Program-made: the position numbers and the translations under genes | DNA from: Phoronis australis | Lineage: Eukaryota; Animalia; Phoronida | Length of the DNA stretch: 64,000 bases | Direction of reading: 5' to 3' | Assembly: GCA_002633005.1 (NCBI GenBank) | Contig: NMRA01000190.1 | Location: forward strand, 310,001-374,000 | Shown: piece by piece, positions 25,905-36,641 of the stretch | How positions within the stretch are numbered: the stretch's first letter is position 1 | How the letters are laid out: each line of letters begins with the position of its first letter | The notes under the pieces: model-generated | The model's input: the letters and a program-made list of their open reading frames with translations, nothing else | Database searches by the model: none | What the model was told of the DNA's origin: nothing

Positions 25905-27195
25905 GACCGATTAAGACGGTAAAAAAGACTAATTAAATCGGGTGGCATTCTCCTTTAATAGCTGTTTGTGCGCATTCTGTCTCACTATACTCGGGCGCAA
26001 ACATTATCCACCCACTGACTGTTCGTGAAAAAATTCCCGTCACCACTGCTATGAACAATGTCTCCGTCACTCGCGTCACCGTGTCTGTGATACGGGTCGC
26101 CCACTTCATCCATTTTCAGGCTACTTAGATTCCTAAATCCAACGTAATTAATTTCTCTAACAACGTAGCTTGTCGTAGAATACTCGTCGATGGAAGTGGT
26201 GACGACAACTTTAGGAAACCAGCATGAAAACAACAGTGGAACAGATCCTCACAGTACACTCGAACGCACTAGAAACAAAATGGCGGAAATTCTTAACCCC
26301 CTAAACGTTACTTCCGGAGTAAGGCACCACAAATTAATAAAATTACAGGAAGCCGTAATTAATTGGAACATATGTCTAGGAGAATCAACGAGAAGTGATT
26401 TTACTGAAAATGACATGAAAATTGTTGACTTTAATAATTTTCTCAGGTGTTATTGCTTCCATTCATGAAACAGAAGGCAATGTTTTAGTGAGTGTCTGAA
26501 ATAGAGGTTGTTGGAATACGTATTTTCAATTCTTTTTAATTAATAATGTCATAGAAGTTGATCAGCTTTGGAATCAAAATAATCATTTTTGCGATAGTTT
26601 ATACCTAAAGTACTACAGTATACCGTTAGTTTTCATTTTTATATTATACTACAGAAAATTTCAAAGTTGATATAACTTTATATTACTCGTTATATCCCGG
26701 CGATTTCCGTAAAAATGTGTCAGAATTCTGACACATTTCATTTACAATAACCAAGCTTCAAATGGCTAAACTGATCAGCGCCATCTTGAGCCTTGGGGAC
26801 GAGGCTGGGTACAGCCTTGTGCCACATTTGCATCTCCCTATATGTGGCGTTGTGACACAAGGTACCTTGCGATCTCATACGGTTTTCTTAAAGCGCTATT
26901 TGCTAAATGCAAAACAACCTCATGGAACTGTCATACTACTGTACAATCACCAATCCATCTATTGTCCGTGACTCATCGTTTGATTCGTATTTCCATACAC
27001 TAGGGAGTTCTCCGTAACGTTGAATGGACCATCTTTATAGCAGATCCGTGCCTGTTCAGTGCTTCCATCAGTAATGCATGTTACTGATAACACGATGGCA
27101 GTGACTGAGTAACTCATCCAAAAGAACCAGGTGACATTGCAATTTAGAGGACATTCAAAGTCCAACGGAAATTTAATATTTGAAGTTGTCAGTTA

Positions 27196-27790
27196 TGTAA
27201 CCAGCACCTAAATAGATTTTTAACATGGTGCGTGCGTCAAAATATTTTTTAAAATTTCCGATAAGCGAAGTTTTGACACGTTTCACGCGCGACTTAAAAA
27301 GATACGGTGGCGTAGTGTCTGTTCTATGTGTCTTGCGAAGCCTCGACTTGTGGTCAGCAACGAGTAGTAGGCCTAACCTTTACTATGTTTTGCTGTCTCT
27401 ACAGCTGACTCACTTTTGACTCAGTAACTGCTGGCCTTGTAATTAACTCTCAACACTTCGAACCTGAGTATTTATAGTCTGTCACGGTGTTCGGGAACCT
27501 TTCGAGCATATTCTACAACTTTTAGGAATCTACCCAGTCATTCTACAAACAAACGTCAGGATCTAGAATGTGCCAGACTATGGTTTTGCTATACCATATC
27601 ACTTACTAATGTGTTGGAACCTACTAGAATCACAGTTATATCTAGGGTTTAATCAATGCTAGATGATGCTCTCCAGTGCTTTGTTGTAGAGTTTCAAATT
27701 TCACTTAATCAGAATGTTCTCATCGTTTTTTATCGAACAAGCTCGTGGCACTGAGAAAGCATGGAACACCCTTAGCTTCACCTCGTGACG
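27196..27790 (-). mobile_element. Probable solo LTR-like repeat; a diverged inverted relative lies at ~44520-44915
   Basis: CATTCTACAAACA...CTAGAATGT (27539-27571) matches the reverse complement ACATTCTAG...TGTTTGTAGAATG (44632-44664). Rich in CTAGAA/TTCTAG motifs; no TSD seen. Confidence 0.4.
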
Positions 27791-28142
27791 CCGGCTCAGT
27801 TGGACGCGTCCGTGAATCGGGATTGATGGCTACGAGTAACTCGTAATGGGTATTCCGACAAACGCGGTTTGACCACGCCTTCCATAGTTGCCGTTGCTAA
27901 GTCCCACAAGCGTAAATGAAATTTGGCAGAAGTCCATCGCCTACGACGTACTACAACACATTCTTTTCGATGTGTTCAAGACGATATTTTACTGAAACTG
28001 TTATCGGCATGGAGCCAAAAAAATCACAAAGGGCTCTGTTACAAATACCGACATGTCCAGTCATAGATAACTAACCCATACATTATCCAAAATGCATTGG
28101 TTTCGTCAGATTCATTATCAATGGCACTTACAACATAGCCTC

Positions 28143-28436
28143 CAGTGGCGGACCTAGGATACCACAAGGGGGCCCAACATGTTGCATCGGGGAATTGGGC
28201 AAAGAGCGATTGTATGTACAGAGGCTGCCTAAATGTTGCGGGGCCGGGGATGTGGACCTACAGTTCACAAAATCTATTGGTGGTGGACCAAAAAAAACCG
28301 CCGCGATCTGAGGACGCTGCTGGTCCTAGTTCCGGAACTCAATATTTCCTCACACTTCACGCTGTTGCTGTTTCATTTTGCGGCATCCAAGGGGGGGCCG
28401 GGCCCCCTGCCCCCCCCCCCCCCAAATCTGCCTATG
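28143..28436 (+). mobile_element. CAGTGGCGG-terminus MITE with 5-bp TSD, short copy
   Basis: CAGTGGCGGACCTAGG...AAATCTGCCTATG; TSD GCCTC on both sides. Confidence 0.8.
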
Positions 28437-28837
28437 GCCTCTAATTGCAAACACTGTGACACCAAACAAATTTGCTTTTGTATTGAATACAAATTTGCAT
28501 GTTTTTGGTTAATTTCGAAGAAACCTGTGTTTTAAAAAATAAACTTCAAATCTTTTCCGTCGAAAAAACAAATAAACATGAAGCATGATGGTGAACAAAG
28601 AATTCGTGAATAATTTATTGTTGAAGCGAGATAAAGAGTAGAAATAGTGGAAGTAACAGTATCAACATCAACTAAATAGTAAATACATCCCAACAATGCC
28701 AACAAGGTTACAATTCATGTTGATGGGAAACTTCTTGAGGCCACTGAGAAAAATCAAAAATTGTTTTAACAACCTAACATTCAAGCAATATAAAAAAACT
28801 AAAAGATTTTCTATGAAATATCAACAATATAAGAATG

Positions 28838-30215
28838 AACAAGAGCAACGCGGAGCGTTGAAATGTGCCCACGATAGCACCACAAACGGTGGGTTTTTAG
28901 TATCATAAAAATAGCCATTAGATGGAGCAGAATGCGTCAAACTCGTCCGAGTTGAGACGATGGCGTTGTCTCTGTCAAACACAACTATTTGTAAAATTTC
29001 ATGAAAAAAGCCAAGGAACTCCTTGAGATATAGAGGCAAACGTAAAAAACAATTGACACTAGGGGGCACAGCTATAGTCCGGTTGGTCTCAAACTCTTGT
29101 CATCTGTTGCCATCTCTACAGAAGCGTATCTACCAAATTTCGCAAAGATCTTTCAAACGAAATACAGCCGTAGATTCAAAAAAGAAAAATTGCCCCTAAG
29201 TGTGCCAGAACAGTCAAAGATACCAAAAATCGACATTAGCCAGGGTTTTCACATCATGAATCGTCAATTTTCATAATCGTCCTTTGAGTGGTTTGGCAGA
29301 TACAGAGGCAGACGTCAAAAACATACGCGAAAATTTTTAAATGGCCACCAGGTGGCGCAGAAAACATCAAATATGTCCGAAAATGGGAAGGCGTTGTTGT
29401 CTCCTTAATAGAAACATATTTGCCGAATTTTATGAAAATACATTCATGAACTTCAAAGATACAGAGGTAAACGTAACATACATTTTTAGCTACAAAGGAG
29501 CACAGTGGTATTTGGATTATTTCGAAATGTATTACCGTTTGTCGTCAGCTCCATAGGAACACACCTTTCAAATTTCACAAAACTCCTTCAAAGTATTAAG
29601 GAGATTCGGCCTCAGACGCAAAACAACAAAATGATCACTTGGGGAAGAAACAGTAGTATGACCCGTCCGAAAATAAACTTCAGTCGTGGCCTTCTCATCG
29701 GGAACTCATCTGTAAATTTTCATAATGATTCTTTGAGCGGTATGGCTGATAGGGAGGTGGACGCCAGAAAACGGATGCAAAAATAACAAAATGGCCAATA
29801 TGTGGCGCAGAAAACATCAAATCTGTCTGAAAATGGGAAGCCGTTGCCGTCTCCTTAATAGAAGTCTATTTGTCGAATTTCAAGAAAATACATTACTGAA
29901 ATCCGAAGATATAAAGGCAAATGTAAAAATGAATTGCCACTAGGGGGCACAGTGGTATCTGGATCAGTTCAACAGTCGGCGGCTCCACAGGAATTCATCT
30001 TTCAAACTTCACAAAGTTCCTTCAAAGGGGTAAGGATCGAGATTCGGCTGCAGACGCAAAAAAAACAAAATCGCCACTAGGAGGCGATACAATAGTCGGA
30101 CTTGTCCGAAAGTTAACGTCAGTCCTGGCCATCTCACCAGCAACACGTCAGGAAATTTTTAAAATGATCCTTTAAGCGGTATGGCAGACGGGGATAGAGA
30201 GGCCAGTGCCCAATG
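28838..30215 (+). mobile_element. Helentron/HINE-like element with internal tandem repeats, copy 2
   Basis: Same 5' end and unit motifs as 1748-3280. Motif starts near 29057, 29193, 29345, 29490, 29637, 29795, 29937 and 30073. Confidence 0.6.
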
Positions 30216-30459
30216 AAAACACCTTGAGGAACATCGAAATTTGTGGTATCTTGTCTAATAAACTATTCAGCGTGCCATACAGTATAACCCAGATAAAATG
30301 ATACATTTGACCCATGCAGTGCTACACATTTCAGAATGCCTACGACCGCACTACACCCCGTTGGGCTGCAGGATTCACACTCATCCATCGCAGACAGCCT
30401 TCCTCTTCAGCACGAACTCCCGCGTATTTGTAATCTCCATAGTCAACTAATACATCCCC

Positions 30460-31240
30460 CACTTGACCATCCGGAAATCCTTCGGTATTTTCGTAACTTC
30501 GGAGGTGCTTCCTTATCTGCGCATGTGCAAACTTCAGTATTACAGCCTCGCTTGTTCCCTGCGTGCCGCTAGATGGTCGGTAGCCAGCACGCAGGTATCA
30601 TGTAATTTTCCTCGGGAATCATTCTTTACATCGGCGTTTCTGATTGGCTAGTCGATTTCTGAACAGGCAGCGCTTTACGCAAACAAACTGGCATGACTGA
30701 TGGACTGAAGTGTAAATATGGTCTGTTGTACAGACAAATCGGTGCTTAAAATTCATGTTTAGGAAATGTGACTCTTAGAAATTGTGGTTGCGCCTTTTCG
30801 GAGTGCATTTACTGCGACGCCACTTGCATAACAAGGCTAAAAATCTTTCACAGTCCGCAATTTTTCACGGTGTTGTAAAGCTAACCAATGACTGCTGAGG
30901 TTACATCAACCAATGCTACAGCGCGTGCCACTGCGTGATACCTGCATGCTAGCTAGGCACGTAGGGAACCAGCGAGGTACATGTATTACAGCAAGCCATG
31001 GAACTCTCAAACTGGAGAATGCCGTCGAATGCGCAGCGATACCAATTTTGATAAGGTGCAGACTTAAATACAAGACTAAGGATTAAGAATGACCATCGCG
31101 TACAGAATTTGTGACCTTGTCTATCTCTTGACAAAATTCGTGTGTTGTTATGGTTGAAGTTCGCACATGCGTAGATTTGAAAGACTTCCGAGAGATTATT
31201 TGATGCTATGTAAATACCGAGGAGTTCCGGATGCCACCTG
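30460..31240. mobile_element. Probable MITE (inverted terminal segments)
   Basis: CATCCGGAAATCCTTCGGTATTT near 30468 pairs with AAATACCGAGGAGTTCCGGATG near 31212. Confidence 0.45.
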
Positions 31241-32350
31241 ACACCGAACTATTCACCCTTCCAACCCATCTTATGGAACCCACGCTATTTTCAGTGCCAC
31301 GCACACGCACACCCGCACGCGCGCACAAACACACATTGAGCTGTTGGTGAGACGGTGATCAATGGTAACAGAGACGCAAAATAATTATGTCATCTCCCCA
31401 GCATCAAAACTGGTGACAAGAAATGTGCACGAACACGCTTGTTCAAACCGGAAACTATACACATGTATATTCGGACCACGCTTTTTCTAAAACAGAGATT
31501 AACTGATGATTTTCCACATAGCTCAATGCGGATTACTCGCGTGACAGTGAGCAAAATGCTTATTTTGCTTATTCATTACGTTCGTAGTAAACGCCACGGA
31601 GAGATTTGTTGCTGTCAGGTGATGCAATAATTAATTTTTATTGGATACCGAAGGTAATCGGCTAAGCACCTAGCTCGCCTCGTCCACATATGCTGTGAGG
31701 ATTTACGCTTGCTACGTAAATGAACTACAAGAAGTTGGACATTCGCCTCATCGTCTCTTGAGGCAAATCCTCACAGCTAATTTTGCATCAAACATGAGCT
31801 ATGAGCTGCGATGGTTTGCATTTGAGACGCATAGTTTTTCCTGCACTAGCCCTGAGCGATGTGATTTGGCCACATATGCCACGTCCGATGCAGTGGGAGT
31901 TGACTCGACACAACATTGAGTAATCAGTCATGTTCGTACCCAGTTTGAATTTACAAGGCACTGACGAAACCAGTTCAAACGTGCACTACATTATTGGAAA
32001 GATAATATTCCTACAAGTGGCTCGGGCGGACGGCAAAACAGGTTAAAATACCTAATAAAATCCCATGGTTTGCAAATGCCGGAATAATTCTTTCAGCTGA
32101 CTGTTGTATTCTGAATGCCAATTGGTTCTGCGGAATGTTCTGGCAGATTGGTGTGTCTCGCAGTTTTGTGTCACCAACGCGTCGAACTCGTCCAACTGAA
32201 TCGTCACATGACGAACGCGTCCGAGTCGAGGTCGTTCCACTAGAAAGACTGTAGGAATCACTATTTTTGTGAAGTAACACGCTCTCGATGGCATTGCCCG
32301 TTCGGTTATACAAACTCACGACACAAAAGTTGTATTGTCCAATCCGTTGT

Positions 32351-33268
32351 TTAATTTTTACGCACCCATCCAAAACAAGTCTTGACAAATTCACGTCGAA
32401 AACCTGGGCAAGCTACACAATACAAGAAAAAAGTCATCCCGTGGTTCAGTTGCTGCAGCATGAACGCCACGAAGTAAGCTAGCTTGACGTTAGGATCGCT
32501 GTACTCTGGATTTGGGAAGACGATGTAAGTGACACACATAGGTATCGTCAGTACGGTGAAACTTATAGATACTGTAAGCAACATACGAGTCACGTGGTAA
32601 AAGGTCTTTTGCTTCACGTTGGATCTCAGTTTTGATGATTCTCGCAATTTGTAAATAATTACACAGTTTAATGTTGCAATGATAACAGACGGAGCAAATG
32701 CATACCACACAGTTCCGTTCCATTTTGCAGCTTGGTATGAGAGAAAGTTGGGAAAATCGGACACACTTAACGAACAAGTTCCGTTGTGTTGGCGGTAGTG
32801 AACAACGCTGGGACAAATCACTGCCAAACACGAGATACAAACGAACACCTCCACAAGCGCAGCTTTTTTCAATGACGACGTAATGTGCGACTTGAACGGG
32901 AACGACACAGATATGCATCTTTCAACAGTTAAAGCGACGACTGTCCAGTTTGCAAATGTTCCAAAGAAAGCCACAGTACTATACTGTAGTTTACAGAATA
33001 AATCGTTTTGCTGCATTTCCACGGAAAATATCTTTGGGACATGTGTAACAGACGTTGCCAGTGCCACTGCAGTATTAGTTACAGACAATGTGGCAAAATA
33101 GAAATACGATGGTTTAGAAGCCATGCCCTTGCACAACACAGGAAGAGAGCACATGTTTCCAATTACAGACACCAGAGGGATGAAAAGGAATGTCACAAGG
33201 TCTGTGGCAATGAAGCCATCCTCTTCTTGCTCGTGAGATGTCGCTAATGAGGTAGTCTTGTTTTCCAT
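32351..33268 (-). CDS. Intronless rhodopsin-family (class A) GPCR, peptide-receptor-like, 305 aa
   Basis: Seven hydrophobic segments; TM1 GN, TM3 CK...VALTVERCISVSFPF, TM5 P...LN..IIYKL, TM6 VTRMLL.VS..F..L..P, TM7 LNHGMTFFLYC, helix 8 FRREF. Confidence 0.92.
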   Translation of the reverse strand: MENKTTSLATSHEQEEDGFIATDLVTFLFIPLVSVIGNMCSLPVLCKGMASKPSYFYFATLSVTNTAVALATSVTHVPKIFSVEMQQNDLFCKLQYSTVAFFGTFANWTVVALTVERCISVSFPFKSHITSSLKKAALVEVFVCISCLAVICPSVVHYRQHNGTCSLSVSDFPNFLSYQAAKWNGTVWYAFAPSVIIATLNCVIIYKLRESSKLRSNVKQKTFYHVTRMLLTVSISFTVLTIPMCVTYIVFPNPEYSDPNVKLAYFVAFMLQQLNHGMTFFLYCVACPGFRREFVKTCFGWVRKN

Positions 33269-34082
33269 TATTCGCCCTTGCAGTGTTACGAGTGTCCAGA
33301 AATAATGGCTGTTTAGGTTATCACCCAGTCGTGAAAGTCGAAATCAGGAGTATGCTCTTTAATACTGTTAACTGTAACATCTGAAAACGTAGTTGGAACA
33401 GCGAATGTGTAGATTTGCTAAAATTTATTAACATATAATTTCGTGTGCTAGACAGGGTTGTTCCAAAGCAACTTTGGGGTATCCACTTTACACACATAAG
33501 ACGTTTGAAACTGAAAATAAAAAGGAAGTGTGTCAAGTTTATGAAAAAGCCTGAATTAAAATACGTGTTTTTCTGACCAAAAGTACAGAATTTGTAAGAT
33601 GAGTGACTGCCGTTACCAAAATTTCGTATTTTTGATATCAAATTATTGACTTTAAAGTTTTAGCGCACCCTGTCTGAGCAAAATCGATTGCAACTGGAGT
33701 ACGTTGGAAATTTTATTGTACTAAGTTCGCTTTGTCATATCGTGCAATGGAACAGTTGACGGGATTGGACACTTGACATTTACGCTAAAGAAAACCAATA
33801 GTTGGTTTCCGTTCACACACTTGCGTCCAAACTAAACGCGTAACATGCATCTGGCAATATTTCTAGAAACGTTCGAATGGGTTTAAAACCATTGAACATA
33901 ATATTGGCCAAAAATTTGCATATCGAAACGTCACCGCCAGGTGAATTCGCGAAATCCATTTGTATTTGTAGTACGTCGTTGGGTATTTTGTAGTCTCATA
34001 TTATTCCTTGGGGGTGTTTCAGTCTGTGCATGACAACCTTCAATCGCAAGAGCAAAAGTATTTAGTTAAGTCTGAGACGCAT

Positions 34083-34388
34083 CAGTGGCGGATCTAGGAT
34101 ACCATAAGGGGGGCCAGCATTTTATCTCGTGCAATTGCGCAAAGCACGATTGCACGCGCGCACCCAGCCTAAAAAGTAGGTTTGGTCGAATTTCTGGGAA
34201 TGTGGACCCTGTACTAAAATACGAGCGGAGGACTAAAAAACGGGAGAACGCTTGCTAAATGTTATCGCAGCCTCATGTTTTTTACCATGGTTAAGGTTAA
34301 ATTCAATATTTTCTCACGCTCTTACTGTTTTATTTTTGGCGGCAGCCAAGGGGGGCCTACCCCTCCCCCCCCCCCCTAAATCCACCTA
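34083..34388 (+). mobile_element. CAGTGGCGG-terminus MITE, third copy with decayed right end
   Basis: CAGTGGCGGATCTAGGATACCATAAGGGGGGCC...CCCCTAAATCCACCTAG. Confidence 0.7.
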
Positions 34389-34679
34389 GCTTGAGCTTAG
34401 ATGTTTCAACAGTCGTAAGTGACGTCATTCTCAGACCTTACTCTGCCTCCTGATGTACTATTGTTTTTGCCTCTCTGCCACGGGGTCTCTGTTCGGCTCA
34501 TTCGACGGTATTCTCCATTTTGAGAGTCACGTGACTTGATGTTGCGATTGAGAAGTTGGAACATACGTAGGCTTTTACCTAACACGCGTCTAGACGGTTC
34601 CGGTCTATTTTGGCTCATGATTGGTTACAGAATTGACGTTGAGTAAAGTAGCAATGATTTAATTAGCAGTATTTTTACG

Positions 34680-35060
34680 TTTGCCTCTATCTTTGTAGTT
34701 CATAGATGAATTTTCGTGAAATTTGGCAGATAGGTTTCTAACAAGGACGTAACAATGCCTTTCCGTTTTCTGACGGATTCGTGTTGCGCCACCTTATGGA
34801 TATTTTTATTATCTCGAGTCGGCTTTTGGCGTCCGCCTCTTTATCCGCCAAACTGCTCTGAGGATCTTTCTATCTTTCTAAAACCTAGCGATTGTTTTCC
34901 TGATGGCTGAATGATTTTCGGATGGGTTTGACAACTATTGGTGATTTTGTATTTTTTGAGGCCACGGCTGTAGCTCCTGATTCCTTTACAAGATCTTTGT
35001 GACCCTGTTTCAGATGGACTGGACCTACGTTGCGTCCCCAGGTGACCTCTCTGTTCTTTT
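34680..35060 (-). repeat. Degenerate inverted fragment of the HINE-like tandem repeat family
   Basis: GAAATTTGGCAGATAGGTTTCTA and TTTTGGCGTCCGCCTCT are near reverse complements of unit motifs in 2520-2670 and 29740-29890. Confidence 0.5.
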
Positions 35061-36641
35061 TGTGTCATTTATCGTCTGATTCCCTATCCTCCCGTTTTCT
35101 TGAAGAACAACTATGAAAGGTGGCGGGCGTGTTCCTATTCAGGAGACCACTTCTGACTTGATTTGCAACCCCTAGAAACCATTATTTAGTTTACTAGTAT
35201 TTCTTGGTATAGTGTGAATGTTTAAAGTAATGATCATCTCTTGTGTCTGCGCTGTATACCTCGAACACGGAATTTGCATCCCGCTCCACTTTCGTCAAAA
35301 TGTACTTACTGTACCGTGGTGTTATTTTTGGCTTAAAATACGCTTCATTCTAATTTTTTCTTCCTTTGAAGTTCTCGATTTCTAGCTTGCCGAGGTAGAG
35401 CTCAGTATAACTTTAAGTAAATTATTCACATACCGCATAGCCCCGCAATTGAGCACATGCGCCCAGTTATGGAGCTGCGCATAAATGCGGAACTTAAACA
35501 TATGCGCATATAAGCGGGACATTTGATTGTTCCGCACATAGGCGCATGCGCTTAGTTGGGGGATTATATGGTAACAGTAAATGTAACTTACTGTGCCTTT
35601 GGCAATTATAAAATATTTTTCTCACTGTTCTAGGAATTCAAACGAACCAATTAAATACCAATAAGTACTGAGTAAAATAAAAACATTATATCTTCAGCAT
35701 TGAAAATCACGCTGTGGTACGCTTTTAACGCTCTAGTGCGTGTAGTATTTTAAAACAAACCAAACTGGGCTTGAAGTTGGCCGTGTTGTTTTTTTATTTT
35801 TCGTGTAGGAGTGTTGTAATTTAGCTATATATACACGAAAACATGGCCACAGGGCCTCCCAGAAGCGCCATCTATCATAAAAACATCATTTATCAGTCGT
35901 TGCAGTGGCACATGTGATCTACCCGCTCTTTATTGATTGTACGAAAAAGTTACTAGGCCATATCTTATCTTGAATGTCAATCTTTTAAATATGGCCTTCA
36001 AATATTTTACGAGCTAGCCAGATAATATCATACTGTACACCTTGCAGGGTCACGGCCTCAATGTGTGGATTCGGTCATGAAGAAATGTGTTCAATTTAGA
36101 TTGTTAGCAGGGTGCTTCATAGCGTCTGCAGCATTTCTTGTTAATTATGCCAGACACCTTTTACCAGAAGATCCGTTCTACTGGACGCTAGCTTGTAAGT
36201 CACAATTTACCACATTACATTGAGTTACGTATTAGTATGTGGGTAAATTCGCAAGGTCTCAACTGATTCACTGATAATCTTGGCTGCGTTAAATTTTTGC
36301 GAGTTTTACGAGATCACGCAAGTTTGTACGAGATGTCGCTATTCATTTTGAACCAATCACGTGATCTCACTAGGTTTCCCCGGTGGGTATATCGCGTTGT
36401 GTCGGATGGACTCTCTCTGGACATAACCATTGTGAGGCCATCTTTACTACTGTAATACTTGCAGTACATGAATTGTACGTCGTCAGCCTTCTTTATTTTT
36501 GGAATAAATTAAGTCAAGCTAACAGTTCCCTGCATAACCGTTTTATTTGCTGTAAAATGATCTTGGTCCTTTTAGAATCGTTGCTGTTTCAAACTGATCA
36601 TTCACTTACTCCAGTGTCTTAAATTTTTTGTTGTATTCAAG

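Larger units (their letters stand above)
19171..25954 (-). mobile_element. TTAA-flanked Kolobok-type shell (same family as 3748-5433, inverted) whose interior is replaced by a BEL/Pao element
   Basis: TTAA(19167-19170)AGGAGAATG on the left. 25906-25954 is the reverse complement of the family's first ~50 bp, followed by TTAA (25955-25958). Confidence 0.8.
17690..26115 (-). pseudogene. KolX-like (P2X7 C-terminal/Nanor-type cysteine domain) pseudogene, split by two insertions
   Basis: Joining 25959 to 19170 across one TTAA reads MFAPEYSETECAQTAIKRDEAEKVGRRGGNSWCKCTVCTVMPTSLECY; QHRCMAAYR follows near 18850-18875. These match the WCxCxxCxxMPTxxExxC and AYR motifs of KolX. Confidence 0.72.
16981..26430. 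mobile_element. Kolobok-type relic with ~160 bp inverted repeats and convergent THAP and KolX pseudogenes
   Basis: Inverted repeats 16986-17144 and 26271-26430 (CTTACTCCGGAAGTGACGTTTAGGGGGTTAAGAATTTCC vs GGAAATTCTTAACCCCCTAAACGTTACTTCCGGAGTAAG); TTAA at 16977-16980 and 26431-26434. Confidence 0.7.
16872..26807. mobile_element. Outer shell of a composite transposon nest: ~65 bp TIRs with an imperfect 10-bp TSD
   Basis: CAGCCTCGTCCCCAA...TAGCCATTTGAGGCTTGGTTAT (16872-16932) pairs with ATAACCAAGCTTCAAATGGCTA...TTGGGGACGAGGCTG (26747-26807). Flanks GGTACAGTAT and GGTACAGCCT match at 8/10. Confidence 0.75.

Noticed and set aside
35100-36640. First coding exon of the GHDC-like gene
   Set aside because: No ATG-bearing exon with a convincing phase 1 donor could be identified by eye, so none is reported.
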